Source: a virus (taxonomy: Duplodnaviria; Caudoviricetes). Taken from it: a stretch of DNA of 25,929 bases. The DNA is taken from the IMG/VR virus record IMGVR_UViG_3300020042_009136, positions 1-25,929 of that record, one strand, 5' to 3'. Under the pieces are notes generated by a model, which saw only the letters and a program-made list of their open reading frames with translations, was not told where the DNA came from and ran no database searches. Positions within the stretch are counted from its first letter, which is position 1. The number at the start of each line of letters is the position of its first letter. Shown here one piece after another: positions 15,632 to 25,191 of the stretch. The position numbers and the translations under genes were made by a program.

Positions 15632-16750
15632 ATGGCAGTATTAAAAATATTCCCCGAAAAAGACGCTACATTATATTCTCTATTTCCTAGTATGAATACT
15701 GGATTAGATGAAATAGTTGAAGCTACTCTTACTACCTTTGCATATTCAAATCCTAGCCCACAAGCTAGTAGATTTTTAGTTCAATTTGCTAATGAGGATA
15801 TAGCAGCAGCTGTTGATTTAATTCCTCAACCTACCTTTGATTCAGGAAGTTGGAATGCAAAACTACAATGTTTTGTATCTACTGTTACTGGATTAGCAGT
15901 TACAACATCTATAGATTGCTTTCCAGCAGCCCAGTTTTGGGGAATGGGAACTGGTAGATACTTAGATGAACCTATTTCTACTGATGGTTGTAGCTGGATT
16001 TGGTCAGATTACTCAGGCAGTAATTTTTGGACAGCACCTCAATATGCTACTGCCTCTTATACATCATCTGTTCCTATTGGTGGTGGTGTTTGGTATACAG
16101 GCTCTCAATATTCTTCATCTGTTACTTTTTCTTACAGAACAGATAAGGATCTTAACTTAAATGTTAAAAATACAGTAAACGCTTGGGTTACTGGTTCTTT
16201 ACCTAATTACGGATTTTTATTAAAACAACGTTTAGAGTGGGTTAATAATAAAAATTACCAACCAGAATTAAAATATTTTTCTGTTGACACTAATACAATA
16301 TATCCTCCAGCTTTACAAATTAGTTGGGATGATTTTATTTGGAATACTGGTTCCTCAACACAAAGAGTACTAAACACTCTTCCAGCAACAATTACCTTAG
16401 CTCAAAATCCAGGTACATTTTATAGCTCAAGTATAAACCGATTCAGAATAAATGCTCGTCCCGAATATCCTATTCAGTTATGGCAAACAGAATCTGTTTA
16501 TACAAATAATTTCTATTTACCTTCTGGTTCATCTTATTGGGCTTTAAAAGATTTAGAAACTAATGAATATATAGTTAATTTTGATTCTAATTACACTAAA
16601 ATTAGTGCTGATGCTACCTCTAGTTATTTTGACTTACATATGAATTTCCTTCAACCTGAAAGATATTACACTATTTTAGTTCAAAGTACTATAGATGGTT
16701 CAACAATTGTATTTAACGACCAATACTACTTTAAAGTAATTAACGGATAA
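15632..16750 (+). CDS. Virion structural protein (DNRLRE-like N-terminal domain)
   Basis: KDATLYS..NTG.DE, NYGFLLK, FS.DT..PAL.I.W pattern; within baseplate cluster. Confidence 0.6.
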   Translation: MAVLKIFPEKDATLYSLFPSMNTGLDEIVEATLTTFAYSNPSPQASRFLVQFANEDIAAAVDLIPQPTFDSGSWNAKLQCFVSTVTGLAVTTSIDCFPAAQFWGMGTGRYLDEPISTDGCSWIWSDYSGSNFWTAPQYATASYTSSVPIGGGVWYTGSQYSSSVTFSYRTDKDLNLNVKNTVNAWVTGSLPNYGFLLKQRLEWVNNKNYQPELKYFSVDTNTIYPPALQISWDDFIWNTGSSTQRVLNTLPATITLAQNPGTFYSSSINRFRINARPEYPIQLWQTESVYTNNFYLPSGSSYWALKDLETNEYIVNFDSNYTKISADATSSYFDLHMNFLQPERYYTILVQSTIDGSTIVFNDQYYFKVING

Positions 16751-17097
16751 TGGCTGAAACAATAACATTAATCAAACAAGTTTTTGCTAAATCTCAATAC
16801 GAAAGAGTTATTGATACCTCTTTTACCCAATTATTACAACCCTCCCAAACAAGCTCAGTAGTTTTACCTACTGTATCTGTTACAGAATTTTTCCAGAATT
16901 ATCAGCAATTGTTTTTTGTTATACCTAAGTTTGGAGATACAGAATCTCATGAGTACCTTATAAAAACGAGTCAAGAATATGTTGGTAATTTTAATAATGA
17001 TGATACTATTCAAGCATTAATAGAGGAAATTACTAATTTAAGACAAGAAAATTTAACATTACAACAACAACTTCTTACAGGGAGTTTAACAATATAA
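16750..17097 (+). CDS. Hypothetical virion-associated protein with C-terminal coiled coil
   Basis: IQALIEEITNLRQENLTLQQQL; TAATG coupling. Confidence 0.7.
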   Translation: MAETITLIKQVFAKSQYERVIDTSFTQLLQPSQTSSVVLPTVSVTEFFQNYQQLFFVIPKFGDTESHEYLIKTSQEYVGNFNNDDTIQALIEEITNLRQENLTLQQQLLTGSLTI

Positions 17098-17100
17098 TAA

Positions 17101-20100
17101 ATGGCCGAAGTAATTAATATACAACCTATTAACCCTCTTACTTTTGAGCTCCAGGAATATTCTTCTGAGGATACTTCTCTTATTACTAATTTAGAAATTC
17201 AAACCAGTTTTGATTCTAAAATAGATAAAGTTGAATATTTTGTCTATGATTTAAACAATCAATTATTATATGAGGATTTAAATTTTTCTGGGTATAAATT
17301 AATTGATAATATTTTAACTTTATATCCTGGAGAAAATTTAGTATTTCAAGATTTTAATGAAGGACAATATAACACAGTTTATAATTTTGTAAGTCCTAAA
17401 TTAGCATCATCCCCAGATACACCATATTTTATTTCAGAAATAAGTTCTGATGGAACTGAGATTAGATTAGATACTACATCAATCCCAGATATTTTAGTAA
17501 TTTCTTCTTCTTTAGAGTTAATAAGTGATATTACAACTACAACAGGAAGTTATTATGATTTTTATTTAGATTTTGGAAATAATAATTTAGTTATTGCTGT
17601 TAATGCTTTATTAGATACTTCAAGTGTTAATAATCCTACAGTTTTAATTAAGTTATATGAACCGTTACCTTCCCAATTTGGATTACAATCTCAAGTATGG
17701 GCAGTAACTCAAGTAGCAGAATCTGTTGCTTACAATATTAATATAAATCAAGTATTTGAAAATGTTGATGAAAATATTTACTTAAAAGGTCCTAATACTA
17801 ATATAAATGTAAAGGATGAAATAAATAATTCAACAGATTATACTAATTATTCTAACCTAAAACAAACATCAGGATCTTATTCTCAAGGAACTGGTAGTTT
17901 ACAATACCAATTAAATAATCTATTAGCACAAAATAATATTCAGATTAACATTGATTATTCTGATTATTCTAATTTTATTCATTTTTCATCTGCACAAACG
18001 AGGGTAGAAAATTTTTATTATAAACTAGAATTATTACAAGATTATAATTACAGTGCTAGTTTATCAAACAATTCATCAAGTGGTTCTTATTATGTTTCCT
18101 CTAGTAATATTATTTGGCAAAATAAAATTGATGCCTTAATTACTGGATTTGATAATTACGAATATTATCTTTATTTTAATTCAGGTTCAGCAAGTTGGCC
18201 TAAAACTAACTCTACACCTCCCTATAAAAACGTTTTAACAACTTCCCCGGCAGGAATTGCTTGGTTTGCTTCCCAATCAGGGGTAGCAGAATATTATGAT
18301 TCCGAAAATAACAATGCTTTAACTTTAGCTATCCCTTCATATATTAGAGATGATAGTCAAAACGCTGAGTTTGAGTTGTTTGTGGAAATGATAGGTCAAA
18401 TCTTTGACTCTGTATTTGTTTACATACAAGATGTTACTGAAAAATATAATGCTGATAACAGATTAACTTACGGTGTTTCTAAAGATTTAGTAGCAGATAT
18501 TTTAAGGGATTTAGGTGTTAAAATTTATCAAAACAATTTTTCATCTAATGATTTATATCAAGCATTATTAGGTATAACCCCATCAGGTAGTCTATATAAT
18601 TTACCCTATACTACAACAACATTCCCGGTTCCTACAGGATCTGGTTTAGAGTATATTAGTACTTATGTTACTGCCTCTTCAACATCTTCTTTATTACCTA
18701 CAAGTGATATAAATAAATCTACATATAAGCGTATTTTTCATAATATTCCTTATTTACTTAAGAAAAAAGGTAGTGTTGAGGGTTTAAGAGCCTTAATTAC
18801 AACTTTCGGTATTCCTGATACTATTTTACGTATTAATGAATTTGGAGGTAAAGATAAAAATCCTAATAGCTATGATAACTGGCAGGATGAATATAATTAT
18901 TCTTTTTACACAAGTGGTTCTGCTTATGTAAGTTCATCTTTTGTGCTAAACTCAACTTGGGGGGCTACAAGTGATAATCCTCAGTCTGTAGAATTTAGAT
19001 TCCAAACAACAGGTTTACCTCAAAATACAGCAAGTGTTTCTTCTCAAAGTTTGTGGGAAACAGATCAAAACGTTAAACTAGTTTTAAAATATACAGGTTC
19101 AGGATATACAAGTGGTTCATATTCAGGTTCAACTGTAAATCCTTATTATCAATATTCTAAATTAGATTTTTCTCCTGACCCAGCTGCCCCTAATACATCA
19201 GCAAGTGTATATTTACCTTTTTACGAAGGAGGTTGGTGGTCTGTTTTAATAAATAAAAACAGTAACGTTTATACTTTATACGCTAAAAACAAAAACTATG
19301 ATGGTGAAGACGGGAATGTTATAGGATTTCAAGCTTCCTCATCTGTAACATCTGCTGCTACCTCTTGGAACAATAGTACTAAATCTTATTTTGGTATATC
19401 TTCTTCTTTAGCAGGTAAAGTATTTACTGGTTCTTTACAAGAAATCAGATACTATACATTACCTATTTCAGAAAGTAATTTTGATGCTTATGTAATGAAT
19501 CCTTACTCAATTGAGTCAAGTGAAAACTTAGCATTTAGAGCTACTTTAGGAGGTGAATTATATACTGCTTCTATTTCTGTTCATCCAAAAGTAACAGGAT
19601 CTTGGGTTACAACCTCTTCATTTGCCTCTAATAGTATTTTTTATACTAGTTCTGGTGGAACATATAGCCCAAATACAGAGGTATTTTACTTTGATCAAGT
19701 ACCCGCAGGTATTCAAAACGCTATTTCTCAAAAGATAAAACAACAAAATACGGTTTTACCTTATAGTAGTAGTTATTCTAATGTTCCTAACGCTAATGTA
19801 TTATCTCCATTTATTTCAGTACAACAAGACCCTTCCATAAGTCAAAGTTATACTAGAGACATAGATTATGTTGAGGTAGCATTTTCACCCCAAAACGAAA
19901 TTAATGAGGATATAAATTCTCAAATAGGATATTTTAATTTAGGAGATGTAATTGGAGATCCTAGATTCCAGTCCTCTTCCTTAGATACTTATCCTGCTTT
20001 AGATGTTATTAGAGATGTTTATTTCCAAAAATATAAATCAAACTATCAAGAATTTGATTATATAAGACTAATTGAGTTTTTTGATAACTCATTATTTAAA

Positions 20101-21996
20101 ATGTTAGCCGATTGGGTACCTGCAAGAACATCTTTAGCAGCAGGTATTGTAATTAAAAATACATTATTAGATAGAAACAGATACCGTGTACCTCAAGTTA
20201 GTCCCTCAGCCTCTATTGCTAATATAGGTAGTGGTTCTACTAATATACCTTACATAGTTGAAGACCAAACAATTACAGGTTCAATTGATATAGGAACAAT
20301 AGAGGGATCAAACGGAGGTACAATGCCTGAACTATTTGGACAAACATCCTCAGTTTATACTTATCCTGGAGTTGTTAATATTGATCAAGTATGGTATGGT
20401 TCAACACCTTCTTTAAGTGGTTCAGTACCTTTTACATCATCTTATCAAACCGAATTTTTTAATGGAGAATTAAGTGGTTCTAATTTAGTAGTTACAACTG
20501 GTGATTTAAGTGATTGTAATGTAGAAATAGTTCAATTATATAATACTGCTTCTTTAGGAAACTTATACGATCCTGCTTTCACTTCCACTACTAATAGTGT
20601 AAAATATGATTTTGATTTTGAAAAAACTTACTACATTACCTTCACAGAAAATAATTTAGGGGGAACTGGAGCTGGTGGAGCTAAAATAGTTAATGGTATT
20701 GGAAAAGTATATTACAATAATACTACTTTAACTAGTGGTACCTCAAATACAGTAGATAAATTACAGTTAAATGGTATAATAAATCCTTTATATTTCTTTA
20801 CCCAAAACTTCCCAACATTAACAGCTACAAACATATTTGTATACGAGTCCTATATTGAACCCGATTGTTTAGTATTATCTGGAGATGTTCAAATAGAAAG
20901 ATTTAGCTCAAAGTATATGGATGTTGATTTTACAACAAACCAAATAACGGCTGTAAATGAGCAAGATATATTAAGTGGTAGTGCTACAAGAGCAGCTGTA
21001 CAAGATTCTAATTATACTACAGCTCGAGTAATTAACCCGAGATACAAAGGTTCTCGTTCTACATCACCAGGATTTAATCAACCGGCTACTACAGGAAGCC
21101 CAATAGGTAAAATTCCAAACGTAGAACAATTAGGATCTTTCTTTACATATTTTGATTGGGTTGGTTCTTCAAACCCCGAGTATAAAAACGCTTATAACGT
21201 CCATGTAAAGTTTATGGTTGATGAAATAGGAACAGTAATTAATCCTGGAAATGTTTCATCTTCATACTATTATAATCTATTAGATTCTTATCCTGATGAA
21301 TCAACTCCTACCCTAACTTTATATAATACAGCCGGTAGTGATGGGGGTTCAAGAACATTCCCTGTAATTAAACCAGGAGTAGAAGTATTTCCTATTGTTT
21401 ATACTGATAGTGGATCTTTAGGGAATGGAGCTTTAACTAGTATTAATTTTAATAATGGAGGAGCTTCATTATCTGTTACTAGTTTCTTTACAACAGGTTC
21501 ATCCTCTCCTTCAGTATTAACTTCTTCAACAAATTTAGCATCTATAAATCCTAATTCTTTAGCTACAGTATATGAAAATGGTAACCCACCATATGCTTTT
21601 GGATTTGAAAGTGCTAGCTTTATCCAAGTACCTGTTACTGGAAGTGGATTTAGTCCCCCATTACCTTTTACTATTCAGTCAGGAGACGAAATAAGATTCT
21701 CAGGATCTGAGGATTTAGTTTGGAGAATTAATAGTGCATCTCATGATTATACAGCCGGTGTCTCTACTAATTTATATCTGTTCCTAGATAGTCCTTATAC
21801 GGGATCTTATCCCCCAAATTATTTCTTAATTAGAAGATTTGTACCAAACCCAAGTTTAGTACTTGTTGAATCTACATCTTCTGTAGTAAATGCTGGTGGT
21901 GGAACAGGATTTTTATTACCTCAATATCCCTCTCAAGCATTAACTACTAACTTTAACGATATTGTACAAAACTTAGCACAGAAAAATTTAATTTAA
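17101..21996 (+). CDS. Large baseplate wedge protein (gp7/tail protein I-like) with LamG-like beta domain
   Basis: YLLKKKGSVEGLRALITTFG motif typical of gp7/P2 gpI-like wedge proteins; SVEFRF..WWSV..FTGSLQEIRYY is LamG-like; 1631 aa. Confidence 0.7.
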   Translation: MAEVINIQPINPLTFELQEYSSEDTSLITNLEIQTSFDSKIDKVEYFVYDLNNQLLYEDLNFSGYKLIDNILTLYPGENLVFQDFNEGQYNTVYNFVSPKLASSPDTPYFISEISSDGTEIRLDTTSIPDILVISSSLELISDITTTTGSYYDFYLDFGNNNLVIAVNALLDTSSVNNPTVLIKLYEPLPSQFGLQSQVWAVTQVAESVAYNININQVFENVDENIYLKGPNTNINVKDEINNSTDYTNYSNLKQTSGSYSQGTGSLQYQLNNLLAQNNIQINIDYSDYSNFIHFSSAQTRVENFYYKLELLQDYNYSASLSNNSSSGSYYVSSSNIIWQNKIDALITGFDNYEYYLYFNSGSASWPKTNSTPPYKNVLTTSPAGIAWFASQSGVAEYYDSENNNALTLAIPSYIRDDSQNAEFELFVEMIGQIFDSVFVYIQDVTEKYNADNRLTYGVSKDLVADILRDLGVKIYQNNFSSNDLYQALLGITPSGSLYNLPYTTTTFPVPTGSGLEYISTYVTASSTSSLLPTSDINKSTYKRIFHNIPYLLKKKGSVEGLRALITTFGIPDTILRINEFGGKDKNPNSYDNWQDEYNYSFYTSGSAYVSSSFVLNSTWGATSDNPQSVEFRFQTTGLPQNTASVSSQSLWETDQNVKLVLKYTGSGYTSGSYSGSTVNPYYQYSKLDFSPDPAAPNTSASVYLPFYEGGWWSVLINKNSNVYTLYAKNKNYDGEDGNVIGFQASSSVTSAATSWNNSTKSYFGISSSLAGKVFTGSLQEIRYYTLPISESNFDAYVMNPYSIESSENLAFRATLGGELYTASISVHPKVTGSWVTTSSFASNSIFYTSSGGTYSPNTEVFYFDQVPAGIQNAISQKIKQQNTVLPYSSSYSNVPNANVLSPFISVQQDPSISQSYTRDIDYVEVAFSPQNEINEDINSQIGYFNLGDVIGDPRFQSSSLDTYPALDVIRDVYFQKYKSNYQEFDYIRLIEFFDNSLFKMLADWVPARTSLAAGIVIKNTLLDRNRYRVPQVSPSASIANIGSGSTNIPYIVEDQTITGSIDIGTIEGSNGGTMPELFGQTSSVYTYPGVVNIDQVWYGSTPSLSGSVPFTSSYQTEFFNGELSGSNLVVTTGDLSDCNVEIVQLYNTASLGNLYDPAFTSTTNSVKYDFDFEKTYYITFTENNLGGTGAGGAKIVNGIGKVYYNNTTLTSGTSNTVDKLQLNGIINPLYFFTQNFPTLTATNIFVYESYIEPDCLVLSGDVQIERFSSKYMDVDFTTNQITAVNEQDILSGSATRAAVQDSNYTTARVINPRYKGSRSTSPGFNQPATTGSPIGKIPNVEQLGSFFTYFDWVGSSNPEYKNAYNVHVKFMVDEIGTVINPGNVSSSYYYNLLDSYPDESTPTLTLYNTAGSDGGSRTFPVIKPGVEVFPIVYTDSGSLGNGALTSINFNNGGASLSVTSFFTTGSSSPSVLTSSTNLASINPNSLATVYENGNPPYAFGFESASFIQVPVTGSGFSPPLPFTIQSGDEIRFSGSEDLVWRINSASHDYTAGVSTNLYLFLDSPYTGSYPPNYFLIRRFVPNPSLVLVESTSSVVNAGGGTGFLLPQYPSQALTTNFNDIVQNLAQKNLI

Positions 21997-21997
21997 C

Positions 21998-22007
21998 ATA
22001 TTTATAA
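21998..22007 (+). promoter_or_regulatory. Putative phage late promoter ATATTTATAA
   Basis: Exact 10-mer, 12 nt before ATG at 22020. Confidence 0.7.
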
Positions 22008-22019
22008 TAAAATACACAA

Positions 22020-22682
22020 ATGGGATATTTAAATAATACCGTAGTAACAGTAGACGCAATATTAACAGATGTTGGGCGTCAATTACTTGCTCAACAAAAC
22101 AATCAATTTAAAATTACTCAATATGCTTTAGCAGATGATGAAATTGATTATACTTTATATAATCCAAACCACCCATCCGGTTCTGCTTATTATGGTCAAG
22201 CTATTGTTAATATGCCTTTGTTAGAGGCATTTCCACAAGCTAACCAAACCATGAAATATAAGTTAGTAACTTTACCTCGTGGAACAGCTAAAATTCCAAT
22301 TTTGGATATTGGATACTCTTCAATCATTCTAAAACAAGGAGCTTCATTAGCTATTACACCACAAACATTAAACTACCAAGGTGGAAATACTTACGAAACA
22401 GCAGGTTATACTGCAACTATTTCAGACATAAGATTATTCTCAACCTTCCAAGGTGTAGGTATTAATACTCCTTCTGTAGAGGCTTTAAATTTAGCAAATC
22501 AAACAACTACTATTGGTACATCAGTATCAAGAACTGTAGTAGGTAGTACAATTAATATGACAGCAACCACAGTAAATACATTGTTTGGTTCACAAACCCA
22601 ATTACAAGCTACATTAACTATTGAAGGTAGAGATAGTGGTGCTCGTTTAACAATTCCTGTAACAGTAACTAAAGTATCTTAA
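22020..22682 (+). CDS. Virion/baseplate protein with tail-collar-like N-terminus
   Basis: DAILTDVGRQLLA..KITQYALADDEIDY resembles the LT..G..LA..IT..A.GD motif of fibre-attachment domains. Confidence 0.6.
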   Translation: MGYLNNTVVTVDAILTDVGRQLLAQQNNQFKITQYALADDEIDYTLYNPNHPSGSAYYGQAIVNMPLLEAFPQANQTMKYKLVTLPRGTAKIPILDIGYSSIILKQGASLAITPQTLNYQGGNTYETAGYTATISDIRLFSTFQGVGINTPSVEALNLANQTTTIGTSVSRTVVGSTINMTATTVNTLFGSQTQLQATLTIEGRDSGARLTIPVTVTKVS

Positions 22683-22692
22683 TATATAAAAA

Positions 22693-23724
22693 ATGTCATT
22701 TAAAAGATTAGAAGCCGATGATTTCTTAGTAAGCTCTGATGCTATTTCAGCAACGGCTTGGACTACCAATTCACCTACATTAACTGCATTTTATACTTCT
22801 TCTGTTCAAGCTAATGATAGCTCAGGAGATTATTATCTAAACGTATATGATACGACAGCAACTTCCTCTATTCAATTTGCCATTGCTTATGGTAATGAAG
22901 CAGGTAGTGGTAGTGCTAACTATAATAATGCTGTTAATGGTAAATCACCAACTGGTACAATTTTTGGACAATGGCAAGATTTAGTAATTGGAGATGAAAA
23001 TACAAATTTTATTTTTGGTACTATTACCTCATCACAATTTTTTGCTTTACCTATAGAAAGACAATGTTATAAAGAATCATTATTTTTAGGTTCTTTAACA
23101 TTAAATTTAACAGGTAGTTCAGGATCTATCCAATTAACAGATAACAGTAATTATGTATCTTCAGTTCAGTTTTGTGAAGCAGGCCGTATATTTCAATTAA
23201 TTACAGGATCAGCAGGTTCAAGAGCAACCCTTACCTCTAGAAATACTTCACAAGGTTATTCAGCTAATTCTGGTTCTTATGGTTGGTTATTACCTGATAT
23301 TGGAACTATTATTTTAAATCCTTTAGCATTAGCTGATTTTGCTGTTAGTGGAGGAATTGGATTACAATACAGTGGTTCTACTACTGCCTCAGCTGCCCCT
23401 AACGTATCTCCTAACACTGCATTATATAATTCTATTAGTGGTTCTATAGGATTTACTTTAAATTCTCAAGAAACTATTACTTCAGATTATGTATTTGTAA
23501 GACCTAGAAGTTCAGAATTTAATTACTCAGAAAATCCATCATTTATTTCAGGTTCAACAGGAGAAGTATTATATTCTCAATTTATTACTAACCCACAAGT
23601 ATATATTACTACAATTGGTTTGTATAATGATTCAAATGAATTATTAGCGGTTGCTAAATTGTCAAGACCATTATTAAAAGATTTTACTAAAGAAGCTCTT
23701 GTTAGAGTTAAACTTGATTTCTAA
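22693..23724 (+). CDS. Virion structural protein (paralog of 23730..24713)
   Basis: C-terminal EFNYSENPS..YITTIGLYND..ELLAVAKLSRPL shared with next gene. Confidence 0.65.
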   Translation: MSFKRLEADDFLVSSDAISATAWTTNSPTLTAFYTSSVQANDSSGDYYLNVYDTTATSSIQFAIAYGNEAGSGSANYNNAVNGKSPTGTIFGQWQDLVIGDENTNFIFGTITSSQFFALPIERQCYKESLFLGSLTLNLTGSSGSIQLTDNSNYVSSVQFCEAGRIFQLITGSAGSRATLTSRNTSQGYSANSGSYGWLLPDIGTIILNPLALADFAVSGGIGLQYSGSTTASAAPNVSPNTALYNSISGSIGFTLNSQETITSDYVFVRPRSSEFNYSENPSFISGSTGEVLYSQFITNPQVYITTIGLYNDSNELLAVAKLSRPLLKDFTKEALVRVKLDF

Positions 23725-23729
23725 AATGA

Positions 23730-24713
23730 ATGGGCGCTTACAAACAATTTTTAGCATCGGACCTAGTAGTTACTCCGCTTGAACTAAATAAATCGTTTAG
23801 CTTTCAGGGGGCAGCTGCTTTGACTGGTTCTGATGTTGGAATTGATAGACTTTTAGGTTTAAACTCTAGTTCATTATTTAATCCTCTTTCTGATCCTACA
23901 ACAGGACAAAATGGTACTCAATACCAAAGATTAGTTTATAGTTCTATTGAACAACTTTATTATTCTAATTACTTAAATTCCTCAAGTTATAATTCTCCTG
24001 TAGTAACAGCGAGTATATTTCCTGGAGAAAATACAGCAGGAGATGTTTTAGTAGGTTCAACATCATCTGCCGGTAGATATTATAACTACCCACAAACCGA
24101 TTTAACATTTGCAAGATATTTTCCTACAGCTTCTTTAGCTTATATAGGAGTGATGTCTATTCCTGTAGGATTATACGGAAACAGTATCCAACCAGGTTCT
24201 TTTACTTGGTCTGCTGATTTTGGAACAGTATATGATGATACACAAGGAAATTTAATATATTCTTCATCACAAACAATTTGTGGGAATATATTTTATGGTC
24301 ATGGATTAGCAGTAATTACTAGTGGCAACCCATCATACACATCTAGTGTTTATGGAACAGCTACTTATGGTACTTCAACTTATGGATTATCAGATAATGC
24401 TGTTATTAATAATTTTGTAACATCTTCTAATGTTACATGTTCATTTTCCTCATCTCTTACAATTTATGAAACACAATATAAGTGTACAATAAGAGAAAAT
24501 GAATTTACTTTTAGTCAAAATCCTTCTATACTATCAGGCTCAAGTGATGAAATACTTTATGGTTATGCTACTAGTTCTTACTTTAGTCCTTATGTAACAA
24601 CAATAGGGCTTTATAATGAGGCCCAACAACTATTAGCGATAGGAAAGTTATCACAACCATTACCTACTTCACCTACAACAGATACTACAATACTTATAAA
24701 CATAGATAGATAA
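23730..24713 (+). CDS. Virion structural protein (paralog of 22693..23724)
   Basis: C-terminal EFTFSQNPS..YVTTIGLYNE..QLLAIGKLSQPL. Confidence 0.65.
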   Translation: MGAYKQFLASDLVVTPLELNKSFSFQGAAALTGSDVGIDRLLGLNSSSLFNPLSDPTTGQNGTQYQRLVYSSIEQLYYSNYLNSSSYNSPVVTASIFPGENTAGDVLVGSTSSAGRYYNYPQTDLTFARYFPTASLAYIGVMSIPVGLYGNSIQPGSFTWSADFGTVYDDTQGNLIYSSSQTICGNIFYGHGLAVITSGNPSYTSSVYGTATYGTSTYGLSDNAVINNFVTSSNVTCSFSSSLTIYETQYKCTIRENEFTFSQNPSILSGSSDEILYGYATSSYFSPYVTTIGLYNEAQQLLAIGKLSQPLPTSPTTDTTILINIDR

Positions 24714-24714
24714 T

Positions 24715-25155
24715 ATGTGGTTATACAATGAACAAGTTATAGAAAAAATTGAGGATATGCCTCAAGGAACATTCGGTTTTATATACATTACTACTCACAA
24801 TTCAAGTGGGATATCGTATATTGGAAAAAAATCGTTATACCACAACGTTAGACGTAAATTAACCAAAAAAGAACTGGCTGAGCATAATGGAAGAGGACGT
24901 AAACCCACAACCGAGGTAGTTCAAAAGGAATCTGATTGGAAAACGTATTACGGCTCAGCAAAACCAATATTAGCTTTACTTAAGGAAGGAAAACAAGAAG
25001 AATTTACTCGAGAAATAATTCAATTCGTCTATAATAAAAAGCTTCTTACTTATTATGAATGTAAGTATTTATTTAAATATGGGGTGTTAGAACATCCCCT
25101 AGAATACTTTAACGACAATATTTTAGGAAAATTTTACACTAAAGATTTCGCTTAA
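24715..25155 (+). CDS. GIY-YIG family endonuclease
   Basis: GFIYITT..YIGKK, ESDWKTYYGS, FTREII, YYE, FNDNI motifs. Confidence 0.82.
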   Translation: MWLYNEQVIEKIEDMPQGTFGFIYITTHNSSGISYIGKKSLYHNVRRKLTKKELAEHNGRGRKPTTEVVQKESDWKTYYGSAKPILALLKEGKQEEFTREIIQFVYNKKLLTYYECKYLFKYGVLEHPLEYFNDNILGKFYTKDFA

Positions 25156-25185
25156 CTTGGTAAACTGAGAATTTCTTAGTATATT
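25156..25185 (+). promoter_or_regulatory. Putative early/middle promoter CTTGG-N19-TATATT
   Basis: TTGGTA (25157-25162), 17-nt spacer, TATATT (25180-25185), 6 nt before primase ATG. Confidence 0.65.
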
Positions 25186-25191
25186 ATGGTT

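Noticed and set aside
15966-16160. Nested + strand 64-aa hydrophobic ORF (possible embedded spanin-like gene)
   Set aside because: Out-of-frame inside a structural gene, no lipobox cysteine, far from the lysis cassette; hydrophobicity is expected from an AT-rich alternate frame.
24345-24387. Short YGTAT-YGTST-YG peptide repeat
   Set aside because: Only about three short units within a structural protein; not a CRISPR or DNA-level repeat and too little to interpret.
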